Positions 1 to 11,229 of a stretch of DNA of 64,000 nt are shown here, in pieces. The translations under genes were made by a program, and so were the position numbers. The notes below the pieces were generated by a model. That model saw only the letters and a program-made list of their open reading frames with translations. It did not search any database and had not been told where the DNA came from. Source of the stretch: Caecitellus pseudoparvulus (Eukaryota > Protista > Bigyra: Bicosoecida); contig CBFFRQ010000040.1 of NCBI GenBank assembly GCA_965644315.1, positions 248,001 through 312,000 of the forward strand, written 5' to 3'. Numbering within the stretch: position 1 is the stretch's first letter; every line of letters begins with the position of its first letter.

Positions 1-603
1 GAACACGCCAACAGGCAGGCTGGTGAGAGCGTTGAAGCTCAGGTCCAGGCGTGTGAGGCTTGTAAGGTTGGCAAACACGCCAGAAGGCAGGCTCGACAGC
101 GCATCGTTGCTGAACATGTTCAGCTGTAGCAAGCTCGTAAGGCTGGAAAACACAGATGAGGAAATGCTGGCCAGGGCGTTGTTTTTCGCAACCCGCAGGT
201 AGGTGAGGCTCGCCAGGTCGTCAAACACGCCAACAGGCAGGCTCGCCAGATCATTGCTGTACAGACTCAGATGTGTAAGGCTTGTCAGGTTGGCAAACAC
301 ATCTGACGGCAAGCTGCTCAACGCATTATTGCTGTCAATCCAAAGCTCTTTGAGACTGGTTAGGTCGGCAAACACGCCTGAAGGCAGGCTCGCCAAAGCA
401 TCGTTGTTCCTCAGGACCAGTGCTGTGAGACTGTGCAGCCCCCCAAATGCGCTGGCATTTATGCTCGTGATGCTGCTGTCAGAAATGACAAGGCTATCAG
501 TCCCCGTGCACCCGCTGCAGCTCACCAGCAAGTCACCAGCAACAGCGCAGCATGCTGGAACGCCACCCACCACGCTGCCCCACATGCATGCCATACACGC
601 CAT
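1..603 (-). CDS. Extracellular-type leucine-rich repeat protein, 5' part (runs off the window start)
   Basis: Manual translation of the minus strand, absent from the ORF track because it has no stop: MACMACMWGSVVGGVPACCAVAGDLLVSCSGC...ITSINASAFGGLHSLTALVLRNNDALASLPSGVFADLTSLKELWIDSNNALSSLPSDVFANLTSLTHLSLYSNDLASLPVGVF... This gives at least 6 typical 24-25 aa LRRs after a Cys cap. The frame stays open upstream, so the start codon is uncertain. Confidence 0.88.
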   Translation of the reverse strand, partial: MACMACMWGSVVGGVPACCAVAGDLLVSCSGCTGTDSLVISDSSITSINASAFGGLHSLTALVLRNNDALASLPSGVFADLTSLKELWIDSNNALSSLPSDVFANLTSLTHLSLYSNDLASLPVGVFDDLASLTYLRVAKNNALASISSSVFSSLTSLLQLNMFSNDALSSLPSGVFANLTSLTRLDLSFNALTSLPVGVF

Positions 604-1450
604 GCTCAGTATCTTTGCCAACACTGCACTTGACGCCTGCTTGACTGTGCCCCGCCCCAGCCTTGTTGAGCTGGCCCAGCACGTGCGTCGCTGGGCGTTT
701 CCTGCCGGCTTTGACGCTGGTACGGACTGAACGCACGCTGCGCCGTCACTGCACCCCGAGCAGCACTGCAGATCTGACCATGTCTCACATCGTGCCTTCT
801 TGCTCTCAGTGACTCGAGCACCACACGCCGCGCCATGTTGTGTACTGCGCATGCCTGCCGATGGCGTGTGAGCCTTCCACGAGCCTCCGCAGCACAACTC
901 CATGCAGCGATACCGCAGCACTGCCCCCCCGTGCAGCACGCACTGCATGCACACGATAGCACGTGGGCCGGGCACGTGCTGCCGGCTTCCCCAGGCGGGG
1001 TCCTGCAGTGCCAAACAAGCGCCTGGCGCAGGAAAGGCAACTGGGGCCTGCCTCAGACCGTGTCCACAGCGTCCTTCCAAGCCTCCAAGACCCACACCAC
1101 TTGTGAGGCTTCCATTTCATGTGTTCTTCGCGTGCAGTTTGATTTGAATAGCGCTGTCGGGCCGACTGATTTGCAGCCCACACATGCACCCCCCTCCACC
1201 TCACCGCCCCCACCACACTGCCCACGCCACACCTTGCACCGTGCACATGCTCAGCAATGCCACGTGTGGTGCCCTGCGTACCTTCACTGCGTGCCACGCA
1301 TCTCACACGGGACGCCCGACACGCGTGACTGGCGGCGGCCGTGCAGAGCCAGTTCACAGCCATTTCACTGCAGGCGAGCGTACTCCCTGCTTGTCCCACC
1401 CTGACACCCGGCAGTCACTGCACGCCGCATGAGGCATCGGGCCTAGAGCC

Positions 1451-4400
1451 ATGGGCAGTGGGTCGTGGGTGAAACCTGAGCCTGGCCAGTCAACATCGGA
1501 CGACATGTCCCGACCAGCCGTCAGCGCACCCAGTCCACTGGCTGCAAGCCCCAGCGAGGAGCCGTCCTCGCCAGAGCAGCGCACAGTGTACGCGGGTGAC
1601 GCCTCCAAGAACGACTTTTGTGATAACCGGGTCATCACCTCCAAGTACACGTGGTGGAACTTCTTGTTCCTGTTTCTGTGGGCAAAGTTTCGCGTGCGTG
1701 CGCGCCAGCCATGAAACGCCTGTGCAACGCCTGCCATACACGCTGACTCGCCCCTTCCGCGGCCCTGCGCACGTTCTTCGACTCGCCCTCGCGCAGTATG
1801 AGTTCGCCAATGTGGGTTACTTGATGCTTGCGCTGCCCTGTGCGCGATGTGCCCCTCACGCCGTGCTTCACGTGCGCCCCACAGCGTTACTTTTTGGTCA
1901 TCTGCATCCTGCAAGCCATTCCGCAAGTGAGCATTACCAACGGCGTGCCGACGACGGCGGCCCCCCTGGCCTTCGTCCTGGCTGTGGATGGTCTCTTCAC
2001 TGCGATCCAGGACTACAACCGCCACGTCTCGGACCGCAAGGTCAACGTGCACTCGAAGGTGCGGAAGCCGGCTCCCGCCGTAACTCCACTGTAGAGCGGC
2101 AAGCCCGCTGTGTGCGGCGCGCCAGACGCAGCCCTGGCCACCTTGCTGCACTGCGCTCCATGCCACAGGTCGCTGTCTCCCGGGATGGCCTGCCTTTCTC
2201 CATGACGTCTTGGGAGGACGTGGCAGTCGGGGACATCGTGAAGGTATGGCTGGTGACCAGTGCCGTCGTTGCCCTTGGGCAGTCCACGCCACGCCACCTT
2301 CGCCGCAGGTGGACCACGACGGCCGCTTCCCTTGTGACATGGTGCTTCTGTCTGCAGGTGCGTCACAACCCCTGCGCCTGCCCGGCTCTGGCACCCAGTC
2401 GTGCCTGCCCCAACTGCGGCCGTTTCTCTGCCTGCCACGCCGCCTCACCCCGGCACCAGCAGCCGCTCAGCCACCCAAACGCACCGCCCGCTGTCCACAG
2501 TGCACTCTGCTGACGACAAGACCAACAAACACCGCCGCTGCCACGTGAACACCAAGGACCTGGACGGTGCGTGGTGTGGTGCGCTGACTCACCGATCTCC
2601 CACTGGCACTCCTCCACCCCCCGCCCCCGCACAACCTCAGGTGAGAACAACTTGAAGATGCGCAAGGCGCTGGTGGAGACGGCTGATCTGATCTGCAACA
2701 ACTCCGGCGAGGAGGACGGCGAGGGACACCCCGTGCTCATGATCAAGCCGACCGAGGCCGAGCGAGACGAAGTGTGGCGCGCCTGGCGAGGGCACGTCGT
2801 GTGTGACCCGCCCGACGGCGACCTGGACAAGTTCTTCGGGCGCATCGTGTTCACAGAGGGCCCCCTTGCCCGGCGCAAGGACCTGTTCGTGGAGAAGGAC
2901 AACCTGCTGCTGCGCGGCACGCAGCTGCGGAATTGCGCGGCCCTGTACGGCATCGCCGTGTACACAGGGTACGAGTGCAAGATCAACTTCGGCTCGTCTG
3001 CTGACAGCAAGGAGAAGATCCCCAGCCTGTCTGGGCAGATTGACACCTTCGTCGTGTGCATGTTCCTGTACCAGGTGCTGCTGTGCCTCATCGGCGCGTC
3101 GGGGGCTCTGATCTGGAACAACTTGGAGACCACCACCGGCATCAACCTGTGGTACATCCCGGGGCTGGAGGCCAACTTCCTTGCCTGGCTGCTGTCCTTC
3201 TTCACCTACTTCCTGCTCACCTCCAACCTCGTGCCCATCTCCCTGTACGTGTCCATCAAGATCTCCCGCCAGGCGCAGAAGTTCATGATGGACCGGGACC
3301 GGGACATGGCCCTCGTGCCACGTGGCGCCAGCTTCCGCTCCCGAGCCCTCTGCTGCTCCTGCTCCAAGCAGGCAGGGGACGAGGAGGAGGAGGAGGCGGC
3401 GGGCAAGCCCGAGGTGCTCACGACGGAGGTGCGCACCATGGAGCTGAACGACGAGCTGGGGCAGATCACGCACATCTTCTCCGACAAGACCGGCACCATG
3501 ACCTGCAACGACTTCAAGTTCCGGCAGATCTCCGTGGACGGCGTCATCTTTGGCGAGGCCACGACGCAGATCGGCGTCATCGCCGCCCGTGCCAAGGCCG
3601 TGTCCCCCGCAGAGAAGGAGGAGGTGGCCCGCCTGCAGCGCCTGCTGGACCGCGGCAACTCCGTGGAGAACGGCGTGGATAAGGTGCGCTTCCTGGACAA
3701 CCCGCAGCGGTCCCTGTGGTCTGCGCTGGTGGACCCCGCCTCGGCTGAACGCCTCAAGTACTTCATGTACAACCTGGCCCTGAACCACACCGTGGAGCTG
3801 GAGCCTCTCGCAGGGGGTGACTTGAAGTACTCCTCTGCGTCCCCTGACGAGGAGGCCTTCGCGTACGCCGCCAAGTACTTCGGCTTCTGGTACAACAGCG
3901 CCAACGGCAATTTCCGCAACGTGTCTGTGTCCACGTCGCCCGGCACGCCGTCCCTGAACTCCAAGGGGCAGGCCGTGTGGGGAGGTGGGCAGGACCACCA
4001 GTTCCGCCTGGTGGCCCTGCTGCCCTACTCCTCTGCCCGTGGCATGATGTCCGTCATTGTGGAGGACTTGAACGTGAGCCCTGACAGCCCGAAGCGCTTC
4101 ATGCTGCTGGCCAAGGGCGCCGACAACGCCATCGACGAGAAGCTGCGCCCGCTGCCCGAGTCCGAGGGCGCGCGCAGCCCTGATGAGCAGGCCGAGTACC
4201 GAGTGCGCCTGGCCACGGCGGAGCACATCAAGGAGTTCGGCTCAGCGGGCCTGCGTGCCATGGCGTTCGCCATTCGGTTCGTCAGCGCGGGCGAGGTGGA
4301 GGGCTTCCTGAACGCGTGGGGGCAGGCACGCAGTGCGCCTGAGGGGCAGAAGCGCGCAGCCATGGCCGCCGCCATGAACGGCATGGAGGTGAACATGACG

Positions 4401-6575
4401 CTGCAGGGCGCGACGGCCATCGAGGACCAGCTGCAGGACAAGGTAGCGGACACCATCGCCACGCTGTCTCGTGCCGGCATCCGCGTGTACATGCTGACGG
4501 GGGACAAGGAGGAGACCGCCATCAACATCGGCTTCGGCGTGAACATGCTGACGAAGGAGTTCACGCAGCACATCATCACGCTGGGGCAGTTCCAGCGGGA
4601 CGGCCTGGTGCCTGAGGACATCGGGCAGCTGAAGGACTTCGCCGAGCCGGGCGGTGGCGTGACGGGGGTGCAGCTGGTCACAGACCGCCTGCAGATGCTG
4701 CGCCTGCGCCTGCAGCGGTCGGTGGACCCCGTCCCCCAGGCCCTCATCGTGGACAAGGACGCCCTGGCCATCATGCTGGGCAACGAGGAAACCCGCGCCA
4801 ACCTGCTCTTCGTCGCGGAGCGCTGCACCTCCGTCATCTGCTGCCGCTGCCGGCCCCTGCAGAAGCGCGCCATGCTGGAGCTGATCAAGGACGGCGTGCC
4901 GGGATCCAAGTGCCTGGCGGTGGGGGACGGCGCCAACGACGTGGAGATGATCAAGGCCGCCAACGTGGGCGTGGGCATCCTGGGCGCTGAGGGCGCCGGC
5001 GCCGCCAACGCCTCCGACTTCAAGGTGCCCCAGTTCAAGGTGCTGCAGAAGCTGCTGCTGGTGCACGGGCGGTGGAACTACATCCGCATGGCGCTCCTGG
5101 TGTGCTACATGTTCTACAAGAACTGCCTGTTCGCGCAGTCCCAGTGGTGGTACGTCATCTTCGCGGGGTGGTCGGGGCAGAAGTTCTTCATCGAGCTGGC
5201 CACGCAGACGTACAACCTGTTCTACACCGGCATCCCCATCCTCCTCATCGCCGTGCTGGACCAGGACGTCGACGCAGACTCCGCCCAGCGCTTCCCCCGC
5301 CTGTTCAAGGTGGGCCAGCGCGGCGAGCGCCTGAGCGTCGCCATCTTCGGCGCCTGGATCGCCTCTGCCGTCTGGGAGTCCCTCGTCCTCTTCTTCGGCA
5401 CCCTGGAGACGTACCGCGGCAACGGCGTGGCCACCATGCAGGGCGCCTCCCCCTCCGTCTTCATGGTGGGCACCCTGCTCTTCACCCTCGTCGTCATCGT
5501 CGTCTCCATCCGCATCGCCATGCACACGGCGTCCCACAACTGGCTGTACCAGCTCCTCCTCGCCGCCTGCGCGCTGTTCTGGATCCCCTCCGCCTACGTG
5601 TACGGCGCCCTGAACACGGACGGCTTCCTGGGCGGCGTGCGCCTGACCTTCCAAGACGGCAACTGGATCGCCTCCCTGCCCGTGCTCACCACCATCGCCC
5701 TGCTGCCCACCATGCTCTTCCTCCTCTACCGGCGCTACGGCGCGCCCACCTACCAGCACATGGTGCGGTACACGCAGATCGTCCTGCGGGCTGGGCGCCA
5801 CGGCGGCTTCGAGTCCGTGCCGCGTGTGCAGGACGCCAGCAACAAGTGCATGGAGCCTCGGCGGGGTGGCGAGTGGAAGAGCATCGAGGACCAGCTCCTC
5901 ATCACCGGCCTGCAGCATGACGTGGCAGAGACGCTGGCGGAGGCCAAGGAGGGCGTCGCGCACTACAACACCGAGCTGCTCCCCGCGCTCAAGGCGCGTG
6001 AGGCGGCGTTCAAGAAGCAGGCCTCCGCCGCGGGGGGCGACCCGCACTTCCTGCTGCAGAAGGCCACCCTGGATGAGGCCGAGGCCCGCAGCTTAGCCAG
6101 CGAACTCCTGCGCAACCACAAGAACACCATGGTGCAGTTCGGCAAGCTGTCAGACCGGCACCGGGCCGAACCACCCGCCCGGCTGGCGCTCACTGGCTCC
6201 AGCGGCGGCGCGGCGGATGCCGTGGTGCAGGTATCACCTGCCTCCCCCACCGCCGAGGCAGCTGACATGCCGCTCACGCGGGACAGGCCCCGAGCTGTGT
6301 ACAACCAGCGCCACGCCCGCACCACGGGGGACTTGCCCAGCACGGCCTTCTTCGCGCGCGCCGGCGGGACGGACTTTGCGCACGACGACGAGACCAGCCT
6401 CCTGGCGGCTGACGCGGTGGCTCGCGAGAGCTCCCGGTGGAAGCGGTATGGCAGAGTCATCCCCACGCTCATGCGCGTCAAGAGCCTCGCGTCCCCCAAT
6501 GGGCGCCCGACTTCTGGGCGTGCCGGGACATTTTCCGTGACAAGCGGCGCTGCCAGCTCGCCCCACCGCCCATGA
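1451..6575 (+). CDS. P4-type ATPase (phospholipid flippase), 7 exons
   Basis: Motifs DNRVITSKYT, WEDVAVGDIVKV, FPCD, DLDGENNLK, LLLRG, VPISLYVS, ELGQITHIFSDKTGT, SPDEEA, MLTGDKEETA, GDGANDVEMI, LLLVHGRWNY. Six GT-AG introns at about 1694-1796, 1812-1884, 2059-2168, 2244-2308, 2358-2500 and 2567-2640. Confidence 0.96.
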
Positions 6576-6690
6576 GCACGCCAGCATAGCAGGCGACGGC
6601 CCGCCAGCACCACCCTCGCGCAATGCAATCCCGCCCGTGCAGGAAAGCACGCCACCCCGCACAAATTCCAAGGCTCACTTTCATTTGCAC

Positions 6691-9600
6691 ATGTGCGAGC
6701 TCAATGGCCTCCTGCAGAAAGTGCGCCGCAGCGAGCTCCCAGCGCTGCCTCAAATGGCGGCGGCAGCCAACGGAGCGGAAATTGGCGCAAGTGCCGGCCG
6801 CCAAGCCCCTCGAGGGGTCAAGCGCCCCTACGCATCTCCCCATGGCATTGATGGAATGCAGTTGTTTGGGAGGCCTGGAAGAGGTTCTGGCAAGCGCGCT
6901 GACCGCAAGGCTGCGCCGAGGGGCCGTGCCGAGGCGGCTGCGCTGGCAGAAGTCATGAGCAACGCAGCGACAGGGTACACGCCGGAATCCAAGCAGCTTC
7001 CCGACGGGCGCATCATCACCAGTCCGCCCAGCGAACGGTGGAGTTTGGCTCTAGATGACACCCTGCGCGACACTGTCGCCGCCATGGGCACTCATTCCTG
7101 GAAAGCCGTCAGTGTTTCGGAGACTGACTCAGACTGCCCCCTGCCGTGCCAAGCACGGGGCGCCTGCGCACTCTCTCCCCGCAGGTTGCCGCGCACATCG
7201 GCGTGGGGCACACGGCAGATGAAGTAAAAGGGCGTTGGCAGCTGCTGCTGCGGGTGCGTGATGGGACAGGGACACCCGGCGGCCGCCACCGCCAGTGCGG
7301 TTTCTGGCAGCCTCCCACTGCCAAAGTCCGCCGTGGGAAGCACCCTCCACTTTGCGCCGCAGGTAAACCGCAATCGCGGGAATTGGACCGACGCCGAGGA
7401 CGCGAAACTCGTCAGAGTCGTCACTGCCATTCTCCGCGGCGGTGACAAGCGGCATGCCAAGCACATTCAATGGGCAGACGTTGCAGCAGCCATGTACTGG
7501 CGTGACGGCAAGCAGTGCCGCGACCGCTGGTACAACCAGCTGGACCCCGCCATCAACCGAGGTGAGACGTGTTGCGTGCTAGCGTCTGGCGGCCGCCCTC
7601 GTCCCTTGTGCCGTCTCGCAGCTCCACCCGCTCGCCCCCCACAGGCCCCTGGACGGCGGAGGAGGAGGCAGTCGTGTTCGAAGCGCAGAAGTGCATCGGG
7701 AACAAGTGGTGCGAGATCGCCAAGCTGCTGCCGGGGCGCACCGAGAACTCCGTCAAGAACCTGTGGAACTCCCACAAGCGCCGCCTGGGCCGGCAGGGCA
7801 AAGTGACGGGGCCCAACCCAGAAGTTCCCGAACGCTCCTCCACTGGCGCGGCCATCACCATGGCAGCCCGGCGCGCGGCGGCGGAGCTGGTGCGCCGGGA
7901 GGTGGAGGCGGCAGAGGCGGGGGAGGACAGTCTCCTGGCGCCCCACACCGGCAACGTCGGCTCCAAAGTCACACCCATGCACGCCGCGCCCCGCATGCCC
8001 ACCAGCCGCATGGCGCCGCCGCCACCACCCACCTACCAGGCTGTGGCCGCCGCTGCGGCCGCAGGCGCAGCAGCTGCCACCATCACCTCCTCCGCAGCAG
8101 GAACTGCAGCCGTCCACGGCACTTTTGGCAGCGCAGGCGGCGTCCCCGTCACTGGTGCCACCGCCCCCCTCCCGCCCTCAGCAACCGGCGGAATGATGGC
8201 CATGCGGGGAGGGGGCCTGGCGCCGGGGACGGCTGGTGCCGCTCAGCATGTGGGCACTTTCGGACAGCTGCCAGCCGTCGCCTGCAGTGCCGGTATGAGC
8301 CAGGCCTCCACCTCTGCGCTCATTGCCGCTGCACGGGCCGTGGGGCGGCGCCCAGCACCCCACCAGCCCCTGCCTCGCAGTGTCGCAGAGGACGCAGACG
8401 CCTTCAGCGACGCAGACGCGACGCCAGACAGCACTGCGCCTGTGTCCTTCTTTGCACCTGGTGGTGGGGGTGGTGGCAGCCGCGGCGGCGGTGGTGGCGG
8501 TGGCGGGCACTTGGAAGGGGGGCTGGGGGGCGTCGACACTGGCCACGGCAGTGGTGGGGGGCGAGGCAGGCTGCAGCAGCCGAGTGGCACCTCCCCCACC
8601 CCCGGCTTGCCGCACAGGTCAGCGCTGGAGGAGGCTGCCGTGCCCCTGCTGCACCTGCCGTCGTTCGGGCTGGGCGAGGGCGGGGAGGGCGACGACGTCA
8701 TCCTGCCGCCCCCCACCCGCATGCCCCCCCGCCTATCCCCGGGTGATGTGGAATCCCCCCACCACCCACCCCCCGGCCCCACAGACCGGGCCCCCCTCAG
8801 CATCTCCTCAGTCGGCAGCGGCGACGGCGGCAGCCCCGCCAACTCAGACGCCAGCGGGCGGTGCCTGGGCGCAGGGGACCTCGTGGCCATGTTCAGCGGC
8901 GCCGTGGCGTCTGCCTCGCCGGACATGCCTACGCCCCGCAGGCACAGCCTCGTCACGGCAGCGGCAGCCGTCGGAGCCGCCATCGCCCAGCAGCAGGCCC
9001 CCCCGCCCCTGCCCACCTCCGACACACGCTCCGTCTTCAACGACGCCCAGGCCGCTCGGGGTCTCGTGGCTGCAGCGTGGGCGGCGGGCTTCGCTGCGGG
9101 GCGCACAGAAGTCGCGCCACGTGACGCCGTCGCCATGCCACTGCAGCTCGCCGGCGTGCTCTGCGAACTGTTCACGTCCGCGCAGCTGTCAGCGGCGGGG
9201 TGGAGCGCCGGCGCCATCCACACCGCCTCCCTGCGGCAGGGGGCTGCACGGCGTGCGGCGGAGCGGGGCGACAGTGCGTCGCCCAAGTCTGCGCCGCACT
9301 CTGGCGCCTCCCCCTGCACCTCCAGACGCAGTGTGGATGTGCCGCAGGAGCCGCCCCACCACCTGCACGCGGCACCCCCCGCCAAGGGCCCTGCCCCCAC
9401 CTCAGGCAGCGCCGTGACGGAGGGCGACGCGGCAGAGGCGGCAACAGCAGGGGGCGACACCAGCACACCCCGCACAGGACCCAGCGCCGTGGGGGGTGGG
9501 GGGCGGGAAGCGTGTGGCAGCAGCAGCAGCGCGGGGCAAGACGCGGCAGAGCATAGGATGTACCACGTGCCCCTGCTGCCAGGCACCAGGGGGGGTGGCG

Positions 9601-10031
9601 GTGGGGAGGGGCGGTCTCTGGGTGGATTCGGTGCTGGGGGTGTCGGCGTTCTCCGAGGGCCCCTCAGCCTCGGTCCCTCCCCAGGCCACCCGACGCCCCC
9701 CCACATGCCCTCCTCGCACGCCTTCTCAGGTGCCTTGGCAGGCTTTGCAGCCACCACCCCCCCCGGCACCACTGTCGGCGGCAGCTCTGCGTTGCGCACC
9801 AGCACCAGCGGAGGGCTGGGATCCCCCTCCAACCCGTTCCTGCGGCAGCACCCCCTGGCCACCTCTCGCAGCGGCTCGGTGAGGGAGGGGCAGGGGGACG
9901 AGGACAGTGGCTCAGTCGGGCTGGGCAGCCACCCGGGGCAGGGCGCCTCTGCCTTGCTGCCCAGCGCCGACGGCCTCTTCGCCTTCCACGCCTCGCCGGG
10001 CAAGGCGCCAGGGGACGCCCAGAGTTTGTGA
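6691..10031 (+). CDS. Three-repeat MYB transcription factor with long low-complexity C-terminus
   Basis: Spliced repeats: WSLALDDTLRDTVAAMGTHSWKA|VAAHIG..EVKGRW; GNWTDAEDAKL..WADVAAAMYWRDGKQCRDRWYNQLDPAINR; GPWTAEEEAVVFEAQKCIGNKWCEIAKLLPGRTENSVKNLWNS. Introns at about 7108-7184, 7254-7362 and 7562-7644. Start could be 6691 or 6754. Confidence 0.92.
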
Positions 10032-10234
10032 ACACAGTGACACGGTGACGCACAATGCAATCCACGTAATGCACCCGTACAACGCCTCAGCATGGCTGCT
10101 CAGCTCCCTGCTACTGTTGCAAGTTGTCACACGCGGTAGCCTGCTCGCTGCGGTAATTGCTTCCAACACCACACTTGCCTTTGCCGGCACCAGCGGCCAG
10201 CACAGCCTCTGGGCACTGCTTCATTCGCAACGTC

Positions 10235-11229
10235 ATGGACCGTCTTAGGCAACTATACTGTAAGGCTCTGCCTTTCAAAGCTGGCAGGGCCTGGGCGAGC
10301 AGCGGTCCAAGTACGGGCACGCTGTGGATTGTGGGTACGCCCATCGGCCACCCGGATGACCTGACAGTGCGCGCAGTGAGCGTGTTGCGCAACGTGCGCC
10401 TGTTGGCAGGTGTGTGCATTGCTTGTCAATGAGTCGGCGCTGCTGTGCTGCCACTCACCCCGCTGCGCACACAGCTGAGGACACCCGAGTGACTCTCAAG
10501 CTGCTGCGGCACCACGCCATCCCCGTTGAACACAAACACCTCCTGTCCTTCCATGAACACAACAAGGACGCCCGCACGCCTGTCATCCTGCAGGCCCTCG
10601 CGGCAGGGCACGACACTGCCCTGCTCAGTGACGCCGGCACGCCAGGAGTCAACGACCCAGGGCAAGAGCTCGTGCAGGCTGCAACGCAGCACGGCCTGCG
10701 TGTGGAGCCCCTGCCGGGTCCCTCCGCATACACCACTGCATTGAGTGTGGCGGGCTTCCCCCAGGCAGGCCACGGCGGGTGGGTTGCCGAGGGGTGGGTG
10801 CCCGTTGACCCGCAGCCCCGGTCCCAGTTCATGCGCCGTGTCAGCGGGGGCTTCCCTGGCACCATGGTAGCACTGGAGGCGCCTTCACGCATGGCAGGCA
10901 CGCTGGCTGACGTCGCAGCGGCGGCAGCGCGTGCTGGGGCCCTAGGGCGGCCCATGGTGCTGGCACGGGAGATGACCAAGCCCCACGCGGAATTCGTCCG
11001 CGGCAGCATTGACGAGGTCGTCGCCCGCGTCACTGGCCCGGGAGCGCATGCACACGCGCTGAGAGGCGAGTTCACGATGTTGTTTGGTCCGTGGGGTGGT
11101 CCTCCTCAGCCGTGCCCTGCGGCGAATCCAGCTGCCGCTGCACGAGGTCAAAGTAGTGCCCTCGCTTCGCTAGCAACGCCTCGTGCGAGCCGGACTCCAC
11201 GACACGCCCATCCAGCACCACACAGATGA
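10235..11229 (+). CDS. rsmI: RsmI-family rRNA cytidine 2'-O-methyltransferase (tetrapyrrole methylase fold), probably organellar
   Basis: GTLWIVGTPIGHPDDLTVRA, LA|AEDTR (intron 10410-10474), SFHEHN, LSDAGTPGVNDPG, PLPGPSA, EAPSR, AREMTK..EFVRG, RGEF. Confidence 0.93.

Noticed and set aside
2637-6047. Long antisense and alternate-frame ORFs (also 8243-10093, 22585-24054 and many others)
   Set aside because: They are shadows of GC3-rich or repetitive genes with no recognisable motifs.
8459-8565. G-rich tract as a regulatory G-quadruplex
   Set aside because: Explained by poly-Gly codons in the MYB tail.
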